Translations under genes and position numbers: made by a program | The notes under the pieces: model-generated | Database searches by the model: none | Told to the model about the DNA's origin: nothing | What the model saw: only the letters and a program-made list of their open reading frames with translations | Shown: in pieces, positions 20,561-31,354 of the stretch | How positions within the stretch are numbered: position 1 is the first letter of the stretch | How the letters are laid out: each line of letters begins with the position of its first letter | NCBI GenBank assembly: GCA_963772365.1 | Contig: CAVYXA010000001.1 | Coordinates: 832,001 to 896,000, forward strand | Length of the DNA: 64,000 nt | Direction: 5' to 3' | From: an uncultured Verrucomicrobiae bacterium | GTDB taxonomy: Bacteria; Verrucomicrobiota; Verrucomicrobiia; Chthoniobacterales; UBA10450

Positions 20561-20995
20561 TCACTTGTAAGAATAGACCAGGCAAAAACTGCTTTCCTGG
20601 CCATCAATCAAATCGACCGAGACGTAGTATTGACCGCTGCTGGTGGGAGAAAAGCCGGCGGCGGCTTTCTCACCGGAATTGTAATTGTCTGTGGTTACTT
20701 GTTTGCCGCTCTCATCATAGACATCGACCTGGATTTTTTTTGCCAGATCCGTGGCTCCGGCCGTAAACCAATATTGATTCCCGGCGTACAGATTTACCGC
20801 AATAAGAGCATGATCGTGCGGCTTGATCGTGCCACACCAGTGGCCATCGCGAATCTTGAATCCATCGTTCGTAAATGCGCCGGCCAGATCGAGCGCTGCT
20901 TTGCGCGCGTCGACTTCTGTATCGGTATCGGCAAGGCTAGAGAAATTGAAACCCAGCGTCAGGATCGACAACCAAACTGGTAACCAGCGCTTCAT
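20561..20995 (-). CDS. Secreted hypothetical protein (beta-sandwich-like)
   Basis: Signal peptide MKRWLPVWLSILTLGFNFSSLA; appears coupled to the upstream gene. Confidence 0.7.
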   Translation of the reverse strand: MKRWLPVWLSILTLGFNFSSLADTDTEVDARKAALDLAGAFTNDGFKIRDGHWCGTIKPHDHALIAVNLYAGNQYWFTAGATDLAKKIQVDVYDESGKQVTTDNYNSGEKAAAGFSPTSSGQYYVSVDLIDGQESSFCLVYSYK

Positions 20996-21806
20996 TTGTT
21001 TTCGGACTTGGTCTGGATGGCGTCCATCATTTTGCCGCCGCTTGATTGACCTTGCGCACCTCTTCCACCGAAGGCGCCTGTCCCGGTGGGAAGGATACGA
21101 GCTTCTCCATGTCGCCCAATTGTTCACTCACATTCTTGAGAAGCGGCTCGTTGCGAAGGTCCGGGGAAATATTTTCAATTTTCGATTGCATCAGGCTGAT
21201 AAGCGCCGGCTGCCGAAGGACCTTGGCGGCGCGCGGGTCGTAATCCTGCAAGATGGCCGAGCTCACAACCTGAGTCCCGCGGATCCATCCACCCAGACTC
21301 ACCAGAATCACCAAATCCTGATCACTGTGGGATTGCATCGAGGACTTCACTTCGTTCTGCGTCGCTTCGAGTTCCTCCTGCAAAGTATCCCAATCGTCGT
21401 CCTCAGCGAATTCGTTGATGCTGTTGCCGCGGCTGAGCAGGTTCTCGCTGACGCCAAGCGCTTTTGCCAGCTTGATGATATCGGAGCCGATATTTTTGAC
21501 CTGCTGGCTGTCTTTGGCTTCCACGGCGATGAATCCATCGGCAATGAGCCCGCCGAGATTCAGTGCGATTTGCGCGCGGTTGCGATACGTTGTCGGGATC
21601 GGCCCGCGATATTGACCTACCCAATTCGGTTTGCCCGGCTTTGAAAGCGCGGCAAAAAGCTCGCCCGGGGTCGGGATACTGATCGAATCAGTTTTGATTG
21701 CAGCCGCGAGCTGATTGGGCCCGAGCTGCGGAGTTTTTTCGGCACCGATCACTGTGCAAATCCCCGTGACTAAAATGATCGCGCCGATTCTGGCCGGACG
21801 ACTCAT
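20992..21806 (-). CDS. Secreted helical hypothetical protein (probable 1-nt deletion near the 3' end)
   Basis: MSRPARIGAIILVTGIC signal; IPTPGELF, ALNLG.LIADG, LVSLGGWIRG; adding one A gives ..AKMMDAIQTKSENK* overlapping the next ATG. Confidence 0.7.
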
Positions 21807-21996
21807 GCCCGAGATTATGCGTTGCCCCGGCAAAATTGCCAGCGGGAATGTCGGAGCCACAATAATGGCTTGTCTGCCGGAACAAGGCCTTGACCGTTCG
21901 CGATTTTGTGGGCGCCGTGGGATTACTGGCTTGGCGGCGACAATGCGTGAAAATGAACCATGGTAATAACTGCGGATTCCCATCCAATTTTTAATA

Positions 21997-22026
21997 TTGA
22001 CTTCTACACATCGTCTGAAGTGCAAT
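21997..22026 (+). promoter_or_regulatory. Putative sigma70-like promoter TTGACT-N18-TGCAAT
   Basis: Same spacing conserved upstream of the paralog (TTGACA-N18-TGGAAT at 22920-22949). Confidence 0.45.
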
Positions 22027-22033
22027 GAGGTTT

Positions 22034-22732
22034 ATGAAATCTACACGCTTGCGCCGAAAACACATTGCCCAAGTTTCTCAGGCTCGCTGGATTGCGTATG
22101 CAACTGCCGGAGCTGCCACCACCGTCGCCGGAGTCAATTCTGCCGATGCGACCATCCATTACTCCGGTGTAATAAATCAATTCGTGCAAGCGCCAAATTC
22201 TCAGTCCTCTACCGTATTCCATTTTAATCTGGCACCAGGAGCAAGCTTTAGCCCCTTTCAATTTAACGTCGGCTCGGGCTCTGGCATCGCTGCCATCGGG
22301 ATTCATGGAAATGTTAGCGGAGCGGTTAATGGTTTTCTATCAGGCTACCCATACGTTTCCCGGCTTGCATCTGGCGTGTATCCAGGCAGTCATGGATTCG
22401 TCACGCCTGGTTCCTCCGCCTTCTTCCCCGGTTACGGGACGCTAGCCTTCCGTGGCGGTTATTTTAACTCCCAGTGGCTGGCCGCAGGAACAGGTTTTGT
22501 CGGAATTCGGTTTAATACTGGCGCTGGCATTCAGTATGGCTGGGTCCGCTTGACCATGAACGGTGCGCCGGATAACAGCTTCACCATGGTTGATTACGCC
22601 TGGGCCGACGTAGGCGAAGCGATCAAAACTGGGGAAATTCCGGAGCCGGGCTCACTCGCTCTGCTCGCTGTTGGTGCGGTCGGATTACTCGCATGGCGGA
22701 GACAGCGCACCAAGGCGAACAAAGCAGCTTAA
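22034..22732 (+). CDS. PEP-CTERM sorting-domain surface protein, copy 1
   Basis: Long signal peptide; C-terminal IPEPGSLALLAVGAVGLLAWRRQR. Confidence 0.92.
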   Translation: MKSTRLRRKHIAQVSQARWIAYATAGAATTVAGVNSADATIHYSGVINQFVQAPNSQSSTVFHFNLAPGASFSPFQFNVGSGSGIAAIGIHGNVSGAVNGFLSGYPYVSRLASGVYPGSHGFVTPGSSAFFPGYGTLAFRGGYFNSQWLAAGTGFVGIRFNTGAGIQYGWVRLTMNGAPDNSFTMVDYAWADVGEAIKTGEIPEPGSLALLAVGAVGLLAWRRQRTKANKAA

Positions 22733-22752
22733 GTTCTGGCATCAACAAATTC

Positions 22753-22790
22753 ACGAAAACCGAAAACCCGAAAGGTTTTCGGTTTTCGTG
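22753..22790 (+). terminator. Hairpin after PEP-CTERM copy 1
   Basis: cacgaaaaccgaaaacc-cgaaa-ggttttcggttttcgtg; same core after copy 2. Confidence 0.7.
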
Positions 22791-22956
22791 CTTCTGATAC
22801 AGACGTCCTCTCCACCATCAACCAGCGTTCTGTTCCCGTTAATTCAGATCCCAAGTCAGCTGCTGTTTCTTGGCGCAGTGACTTCGCAAATGGCCCGATA
22901 AGAATTCCGATTTTTACCCTTGACATTCGGACAGCATTTGAGGTGGAATGAACGCC

Positions 22957-23655
22957 ATGAAAGCCATAACCTTGCGCCGAAAACCGATCGCCAACGTTTC
23001 TCAAGCTCGCTGGATTGCGTATGCAACCGCCGGAGCTGCCACAACCGTCGCCGGAGTCAATTCCGCCGATGCCACTATCCATTACTCGGGGGTGATTAAC
23101 CAAGTAGTGCATGGGCCAAATTCTCAGTCTTCCACCGTATTCCATTTTAATCTGGCACCCGGTGCAAGCTTTAGCCCGTTTCATTTTAACGTCGGCTCGG
23201 GCTCTGGCATCGCGGCCATGGGGATTTTTGGTCCCGTCAGCGGAATGCTTAACGGTTTCCTCTCGGGTTATCCTTATCTGTCCCGATTGGCAGCTGGCGT
23301 GAATCCAGCGAGTCATGGGTTTGTTAGTCCAGGCAGTTCGGCGTTTTTCCCCGGTTATGGGACCCTGGCTTTCCGTGGTGGCTATGGCAACGATCAATGG
23401 CTGGCGCCCGGCATCGGTTTTGTCGGCCTAAAATTTAACACCGGTGCTGGCGTGCAGTATGGCTGGGTGCGCTTAAATATGGATGGTTCGCCCGATAACG
23501 GCTACACTATGATTGACTACGCCTGGGCCGATCCTAATGAGACGATCCTGACCGGACAGATTCCGGAGCCGGGCTCGCTCGCTCTGCTTGCCGTTGGCGC
23601 AGTTGGACTGCTCGCCTGGCGGAAACATCGCGCAAAAGCGGAAAAGAATTCTTAG
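22957..23655 (+). CDS. PEP-CTERM sorting-domain surface protein, copy 2 (tandem paralog)
   Basis: Highly similar to copy 1; IPEPGSLALLAVGAVGLLAWRKHR. Confidence 0.92.
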   Translation: MKAITLRRKPIANVSQARWIAYATAGAATTVAGVNSADATIHYSGVINQVVHGPNSQSSTVFHFNLAPGASFSPFHFNVGSGSGIAAMGIFGPVSGMLNGFLSGYPYLSRLAAGVNPASHGFVSPGSSAFFPGYGTLAFRGGYGNDQWLAPGIGFVGLKFNTGAGVQYGWVRLNMDGSPDNGYTMIDYAWADPNETILTGQIPEPGSLALLAVGAVGLLAWRKHRAKAEKNS

Positions 23656-23676
23656 CTTCCACGTTTAACACGTTCG

Positions 23677-23718
23677 CGAAAACCGAAAACCCGAAAGGTT
23701 TTCGGTTTTCGTCGTTTT
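23677..23718 (+). terminator. Hairpin after PEP-CTERM copy 2
   Basis: cgaaaaccgaaaacc-cgaaa-ggttttcggttttcg followed by tcgttttt. Confidence 0.7.
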
Positions 23719-23792
23719 TGGCACAAACGCCGCTTGCCCTTGACCAGCGTTCCATTCGCAGTTTTCAAATTCTAAATTAGTTTGTCGGGCTC

Positions 23793-26510
23793 ATGTCGGA
23801 TTCATCGGCGAAACGAAAAGTATTGCTCATCGGTTGGGACGCAGCGGATTGGGAAGTGATCACGCCTCTTCTAGAAGAGGGATTGATGCCTTCCTTGGAA
23901 GGGCTGATCAACCGTGGAGTAATGGGAAATCTGGCCACGCTTCAACCGATTCTCTCCCCGATGCTCTGGAACTCGGTCGCTACCGGTAAATACGCAGATA
24001 AACACGGCATTCACGGCTTCATTGAGCCCGATCCAAAAAATGGCGGTGCCCGGCCTTACACGAGCACATCGCGCAAGTGTAAAGCGCTCTGGAATATTCT
24101 CACTCAATCCGGCCTGCGCAGTAACATCGTCGGCTGGTGGGCCAGTCATCCCGCTGAGCCAATCCTCGGCAACGTCGTAACCAACGCGTTCGCCGGCGTA
24201 AAAATCGACCCGCAGCGTGGATGGATAGTTCCCCCGGGAACAGTGCATCCGCCGGACAAATCCCGGTTTCTGGCGCGATTTAAAGTTTTCCCGACCGAAC
24301 TGACCGAAGCGCACGTTCTGCCGTTTATTCCGAACGCCGCAAAGATTGATCAACAGGTCGACCCTAATTTGTCGATGTTCGTAAAAGTGCTTTCCGATGC
24401 GGCGACGATTCACGCCATCGCGACTGCCTTGATGGAAACGGATCCGGCGGATTTCACGGCGGTGTACTACGATGCAGTCGATCACTTTTCTCACGCATTC
24501 ATGCATTACCACCCGCCGAAGCTCCCATGGGTCAATGAGGAACAGTTCGAGATGTACAAGGAGGTCGTGCGCGGGGCTTATCGTTTTCATGACATGATGC
24601 TTGAGCGACTTCTGCAACTGGCCGGCCCGGACACAACTGTGATTCTCTGTTCCGATCATGGTTTTGAATCCGGTTCGCAGCGCCCTCATGGAATCCCGCG
24701 CGAACCGGCCGGCCCGGCAGCCTGGCATCGGCAATATGGAATTTTCGTCATGGCCGGTCCTGGAATCAAAAAGGACGAACGTATCTATGGCGCGAGCTTG
24801 ATCGACATTGCTCCGACAGTGTTAACACTTTTCGGCCTTCCAGTGGGCGAGGATATGGATGGACGACCATTACTCGAAGCTTTTGAGACGCCGCCAAACG
24901 TAGAAAAAATTCCGAGCTGGGAAGCGAAACCCGGCGAAGCCGGAATGCATCCGGCGGACAAACAGATAGACTCCGGTCAGGCGCAACAACTCATGCAGCA
25001 GTTCGCCGCCTTAGGCTACATCGACGATCCCGGCGCCGATAAAGAAAAGCAGGCAGAATCGGCGGAGATTGAAGCAAAATACAACATCTCGCGCACTTAC
25101 TTGTGGAAAAATCAGGCCGATCGCGCACAACCGTTGCTGGAGGAAATTGTGCGGCGGCGTCCGTGGGAAGATCGATTCCTTTATCAACTTGCAGCTTGTT
25201 ACCTTCAGGCTGGGTATTTGCGACAGGCTGAACGCGTGCTCTTGGCAATATTCGATGGCGGTGAGCCCGACAATGTGCCGGCGATGCTGACGCTGGCGAG
25301 AATTCGAATGGGGCGTCGGGATCTGCAGGGCGCATTTAAGTGTCTGACCGCAGCAGAAACGATGAGGATTTCATCTCCTGCCACGTACACACAAATCGGC
25401 CGCCTTTATGAGGACCTCGTCCAATTGGACAGCGCCCAGGCCGCTTACGAAAAAGCAATCGCGCTCGATCCCGATAATGCCCTTGCTTTTCAGGGTCTCT
25501 CGACTGTTTACCGCCGCAAAGGTTTAAATCAGGAAACTGTGGAAGCATCATTGCGTGCGGTCGGTTTGCTTCATCGATTGCCTCTTGCTCATTTCAATCT
25601 GGGAATTGCCATGGCTCGCGGCGGTCAGCCTGAACGAGCAATTGTTGCATTCGAAACGGCCCTTCGATTCGCGCCGCGCATGCACAACGCGCATCGTTAT
25701 CTCGCCACTTTGCACCGGACAAATGGCGGGGATGTCAAGAAGGCAGCCTTTCATCACGAAGAAGTGGCCAAACTCATCCGGTCTCGCCCGCGCACCAAAA
25801 CGCGGACCTACGATCGCAGTGAGAAGCTTTTCGATCTCCCGCCAATTCCGAAACGCGAAGAGCGATTAAAGATTCTGCTGAAAGAACGGCCCGACCCTAA
25901 AGAGACCGGCAAAAAATCAGGTAAAACTTTCATCCTGGTCTCGGGTCTCCCCCGTTCCGGCACATCTTTGATGATGCAAATGTTGGAAGCGGCGGGCGTA
26001 AACATTCTGACTGATCGGGAGCGCGCCGCCGATATCGACAATCCCAAGGGCTATTACGAATGGGAGCCGATCAAGCAAATCATGAAGAAACCTGAATTGC
26101 TTGACGAGGGAATCGATGGTTGCGCAATCAAGTGCGTCTCCATGCTTCTCCAGAGCATGCCTCTTAAGCACAACTATAAAGTCATCTTCATGACCCGCGC
26201 CATCGAGGAAGTGGTCGACTCGCAAAGCAAAATGATTGAGCGCCTTGGCACCAAGGGGGCTGGGATTGAGATCGAACAACTCCAGCGCGGTTTGGTTGCC
26301 CACCGTGATGAAATCCTCCGATGGCTTAAAAATGTGCCGCATATGGAGTTCATGGAAATAGATTATCCGGCGTTGGTTCGAGAGCCGTCAGTAATCATCC
26401 CGAAAATCGTCGAGTTTCTAGGCAAAGAGCGGCTTCCATCCGCTGAAAAAATGGCGACGCCGATCGATGCATCGTTGCATCGTAAAAGATCGACAAGCTC
26501 AAAAGAGTAA
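23793..26510 (+). CDS. Alkaline-phosphatase/phosphodiesterase-family + TPR + sulfotransferase-like fusion protein
   Basis: N-term LIGWDAAD, SPMLWNSVATGK, DHFSH, SDHGF; central TPRs; C-term VSGLPRSGTSLMMQML (PAPS 5'-PSB-like) and DNPKGYYE. Confidence 0.85.
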   Translation: MSDSSAKRKVLLIGWDAADWEVITPLLEEGLMPSLEGLINRGVMGNLATLQPILSPMLWNSVATGKYADKHGIHGFIEPDPKNGGARPYTSTSRKCKALWNILTQSGLRSNIVGWWASHPAEPILGNVVTNAFAGVKIDPQRGWIVPPGTVHPPDKSRFLARFKVFPTELTEAHVLPFIPNAAKIDQQVDPNLSMFVKVLSDAATIHAIATALMETDPADFTAVYYDAVDHFSHAFMHYHPPKLPWVNEEQFEMYKEVVRGAYRFHDMMLERLLQLAGPDTTVILCSDHGFESGSQRPHGIPREPAGPAAWHRQYGIFVMAGPGIKKDERIYGASLIDIAPTVLTLFGLPVGEDMDGRPLLEAFETPPNVEKIPSWEAKPGEAGMHPADKQIDSGQAQQLMQQFAALGYIDDPGADKEKQAESAEIEAKYNISRTYLWKNQADRAQPLLEEIVRRRPWEDRFLYQLAACYLQAGYLRQAERVLLAIFDGGEPDNVPAMLTLARIRMGRRDLQGAFKCLTAAETMRISSPATYTQIGRLYEDLVQLDSAQAAYEKAIALDPDNALAFQGLSTVYRRKGLNQETVEASLRAVGLLHRLPLAHFNLGIAMARGGQPERAIVAFETALRFAPRMHNAHRYLATLHRTNGGDVKKAAFHHEEVAKLIRSRPRTKTRTYDRSEKLFDLPPIPKREERLKILLKERPDPKETGKKSGKTFILVSGLPRSGTSLMMQMLEAAGVNILTDRERAADIDNPKGYYEWEPIKQIMKKPELLDEGIDGCAIKCVSMLLQSMPLKHNYKVIFMTRAIEEVVDSQSKMIERLGTKGAGIEIEQLQRGLVAHRDEILRWLKNVPHMEFMEIDYPALVREPSVIIPKIVEFLGKERLPSAEKMATPIDASLHRKRSTSSKE

Positions 26511-26535
26511 AAGGCGATTTGCCTCAGTCTCGTAA

Positions 26536-27843
<1,308 letters not shown>

Positions 27844-27844
27844 C

Positions 27845-28177
27845 GTGGATCAGAGAGATTTCCGTGCCCGCCGCAACGCCACTGTTTGGCAAAGACTGAA
27901 TCGAATCCTCTTCATCCTCCTCTTCATCGCTGTCTGGCTCGGAATCATTAGCTTGTTCGTTCCGCCTTACAAACAGCTCAAGCAAAGCCGAGCCGAGATC
28001 GACAATTTGCAGGGCCAGGTAAACGAGCAGCAGACTTTGCTGGCGCGACAGACGCGCGAGGTAAATCTGCTTAAGACTGACGCGACCTATCTGGAAACAA
28101 TCGCCCGCGATAAGCTCGATTTAATGAAGGAAGGCGAAGTGATCTTCAGGATCGAGTCGAACAGGAAGCGGAAGTAA
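27845..28177 (+). CDS. Septum formation initiator (FtsB/DivIC family)
   Basis: One TM helix, coiled coil, YLETIARDKLDLMKEGE; conserved eno-ftsB order. Confidence 0.8.
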   Translation: MDQRDFRARRNATVWQRLNRILFILLFIAVWLGIISLFVPPYKQLKQSRAEIDNLQGQVNEQQTLLARQTREVNLLKTDATYLETIARDKLDLMKEGEVIFRIESNRKRK

Positions 28178-28228
28178 CCTGCGTTATCGCGCCTTTGCGC
28201 AGACCCCGGCGGTCGGCTATCCTTTTGC

Positions 28229-29372
28229 ATGCCAACTGAAAGCTCCACTGTCGATGCGGAAGACTTAAAATCGCGCATGCGTGATTTGCGGAGGTTTCTT
28301 TGACGTCGAGAAGCTCGAGAAAGATCTGAGCACTATTGAGGCGCGCATGAGCGCCGCCGATTTTTGGTCGAATCGCGAACGCGCCCAGGGCGATGTCGAA
28401 CAAGTTTCCCGGCTGCGCTCTCTAATTAACCCGTTTCGCCAATTGGAACGCGAACTCGAGGATTTCGAGGCGCTTCATCAACTTGCAGCCGAAGAACCGA
28501 ACGAAACCCAGCGAGCGCAGGCCGAGCGTGAACTCACCACCGAACACGATCGACTGCTGCACAAGCTCGGAGAATTTGAGCTGCGTCAATTTCTTTCCGG
28601 TGAGAATGATCGTGCGAATGCGTTCCTGACGATTCATTCCGGCGCCGGCGGTACGGAATCGTGCGACTGGGCGGATATGCTTTTGCGCATGTATCAACGC
28701 TGGATCGAACGTAGCGGTTTCCAATCGCAGACGGTCGATATTCAACGTGGCGAAGAAGTCGGGATAAAATCAGTAACGCTGTTAGTGACCGGCGAGTATG
28801 CCTACGGTCATCTTCAAGCCGAACGCGGCGTGCACCGCCTCGTCAGGATTTCGCCATTCGATGCAAACAAACGACGGCACACCTCGTTTGCGAGTGTCGA
28901 TGTTGTTGCGGAAATCGCGGATACAACGCCCATCGGGATCAATCCCGCGGATATTGAGATCGACACTTTCCGCAGCGGTGGCAAAGGCGGACAGAACGTA
29001 AACAAAGTGGAAACGGCCGTGCGCATTTTGCATAAGCCCAGCGGAATCGTGGTGGCGTGTCAGGCCGAGCGCAGCCAGGGCCGCAATCGCGAGCTCGCCC
29101 TGAAGATGTTAAAGGCGAAACTTTACGAGCTGGAAGAAGACAAGAAACGCGCGGAGATGGATCGACAATACGGAGAAAAAGGTGAGATCGCCTGGGGCAG
29201 CCAGATTCGATCCTACGTTTTTCAGCCCTATCAAATGGTGAAGGACCACCGCACCGGCGCGGAAACCAGCAACGTGCAAGGGGTCATGGATGGCGACATC
29301 GACATGTTCATCCAGGCAAAATTGCGCGGCGAGAAATCGGCGAAGGGCGAAACGAGCGGAGACGAAATCTAG
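28229..29372 (+). CDS. prfB: Peptide chain release factor 2 (programmed +1 frameshift)
   Basis: SPF and GGQ motifs; 24-codon first frame ends CTT TGA C at 28298-28304. Confidence 0.97.
28290..28304 (+). promoter_or_regulatory. prfB +1 ribosomal frameshift site with internal SD
   Basis: GGAGG TTT CTT TGA C. Confidence 0.95.
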
Positions 29373-30028
29373 ACAGAAGATAACAAAGGGAACGAAGAGC
29401 CATTCTTCAGCTTCTTTGCTGTCGTCGTTTCCTTCTGTTGAGATCCAACCAATTTCAGCCGAAACCGCGGGTCGAAATTTCCGCGATTATAAGTGCGACA
29501 ACACGCGAGACACGCGACCGGGCGACGGATACGCCGCACCCGGGCGAATTGTTCGCGACAATTTGGACAACGATATACGTAGCGCGCCACATATCGTTTG
29601 GTAGCAAAGGGCAGGTTGTGGCAGCGTTTCTCATCGTGAATTCCAAGATCGACACAGGCTTTACGCCATTCTTCACCGTGCGGTGAAATTCTTTTTCGTC
29701 CGGCGCGGAACTGCGCAAGCAAATGCGCCAGCTCGTGCCGCAGCGTGCGATCAACTTCGCCGAGATGATCGCGTAATCGCAAATTGAGCGAAATCAACAT
29801 CGATCCGTAATCCGCCCGACCGACGCAGGTTTTCAAACGCGAGTTCCATTGAATGCGAATCTTGTTCGCGATTCGCTCGGCACCATTGCTACGAAGAAGC
29901 TTTCGAGCAATCGATTGTAGGGCAACCGCTTCGGTTGCAATCCTCGCTGCCGGCAGGCGAGGCGCCTGCCCTACAACGGTGGCATTGTGATTTTCGAACC
30001 GCAGCTCTAGCTGTCTAAACAGCGGCAT
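29369..30028 (-). CDS. SprT-like zinc metalloprotease domain protein
   Basis: [34 protein letters not shown]. Confidence 0.85.
   Translation of the reverse strand: MPLFRQLELRFENHNATVVGQAPRLPAARIATEAVALQSIARKLLRSNGAERIANKIRIQWNSRLKTCVGRADYGSMLISLNLRLRDHLGEVDRTLRHELAHLLAQFRAGRKRISPHGEEWRKACVDLGIHDEKRCHNLPFATKRYVARYVYRCPNCREQFARVRRIRRPVACLACCRTYNRGNFDPRFRLKLVGSQQKETTTAKKLKNGSSFPLLSSV
29915..29976. repeat. GTAG-type REP doublet inside the SprT-like ORF
   Basis: TTGTAGGGCA...TGCCCTACAA terminal inverted repeat with internal hairpins. Confidence 0.75.
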
Positions 30029-31296
30029 AATCGTTACGTTTCGCTTTCGCTAACCGATCGCAAATTCGCTCGATTGCCTCCGCCGCAGCTTCGATCTCCT
30101 TCTCCGTTGTCCATTTCCCGATCGAAAATCGGATGGCAGAACTGGCACATTCCATCGACAATCCCATCGCCAGCAGAACGTGAGATGCAACGACCGAACC
30201 GGCCATGCAGGCCGAGCCGCTCGACGCGCATACGCCTTCCAGATCTAGCGCCATTAGCATCGTTTCGGAATCGATTCCCGGGAAGCTTACGTTGAGCGTG
30301 TTCGTCAACCGTCGATCCAGATGGCCGTTCTGCATCGCATCTGGAAAAATCCTCGCAATGCGCTTCCACAATTCATCGCGCATTCTCTTCTCTTTCTCCT
30401 GCTCGTATCCTGCGGACGGACTCGCCGTGGTGAGCTTTCGCTCTTGGTTTATCCATCCTGCTGCCGCTGCCATTCCAGCGATTGCAGGAACGTTTTCCGT
30501 CCCAGGTCTCCGTTCGTTTTCGTGGGCGCCGCCAAACATGATCGGTTGGATCGACAAACCGCTGCGCAAGAAAAGCAGCCCAGCCCCTTTTGGTCCGTAA
30601 AATTTATGCGCGGCGAAACTGGCCGCATCGACGAGCGAGAGATCAACACCGTCATCCTGAGCGGAGCGCAGCGAAGTCGAAGGATCTCGTGGCCTTACGT
30701 TAAAGGTTTCATTACGGGATTCCTCGACTTCGTTCGGAATGACGGGGTTTAGCTTACCAAACGCTTGCACCATGTCGCTGTGAAACAGCACGCCTTTCGC
30801 TGCGGCAGATTTCTGAGATCTCGGAAATCGGTTGGATCACGCCCGTCTCGTTGTTCGCAGCCATGATCGAAACGAGTCGCGTCTCAGGACGAATTGAATC
30901 CGCCAGCTGATCGAGATCGACAATTCCGTCGGTCGAAAGATCGAGCCATGTCACTTCGAATTTTTCACGCTTCTCTAAATGCTCCAGCGTGTTGAGCACA
31001 GCATGATGCTCGGCCTTGTTCGAAATAACGTGATGACCAGAGGAGTGAGATCGCGCCAGGCCTAACACAGCGAGATTGCATGATTCCGTTCCGCCGCTTG
31101 TAAAAATGAGCTCAGACGGTTTAGCACCAAGCAACGCCGCCAGTTTGTCCCGAGCATCATCAATTGCCGCTCGCGCTTCGCGACCGGCTGCATGGACGCT
31201 GGACGGATTGCCAAAGTACTTCCCGAGATAGGGCATCATCGCCTCGCGCGCGGCATCGCACAGCGGAGTAGTCGCGTTGTAATCGAGATAAATCAC
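30015..31296 (-). CDS. iscS: Cysteine desulfurase (IscS/NifS class I; frameshift near 30800)
   Basis: IYLDYNATTP, FGNPSS.H, FTSGGTES, ANNETG, AHKFYGPKG.G, RPGTENV, SSGSAC. Confidence 0.93.
30651..30743. repeat. 93-nt palindromic REP-like element in frame within iscS
   Basis: GTCATCCTGAGCG..GAAGTCGAAGGATCT ... GGATTCCTCGACTTCGTTCGGAATGAC. Confidence 0.85.
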
Positions 31297-31354
31297 AAAC
31301 GCTTGCTCTTGCTCGGCGCGCCCGGCGGTCGCGCCCTACCATTCAATGGAGCGG

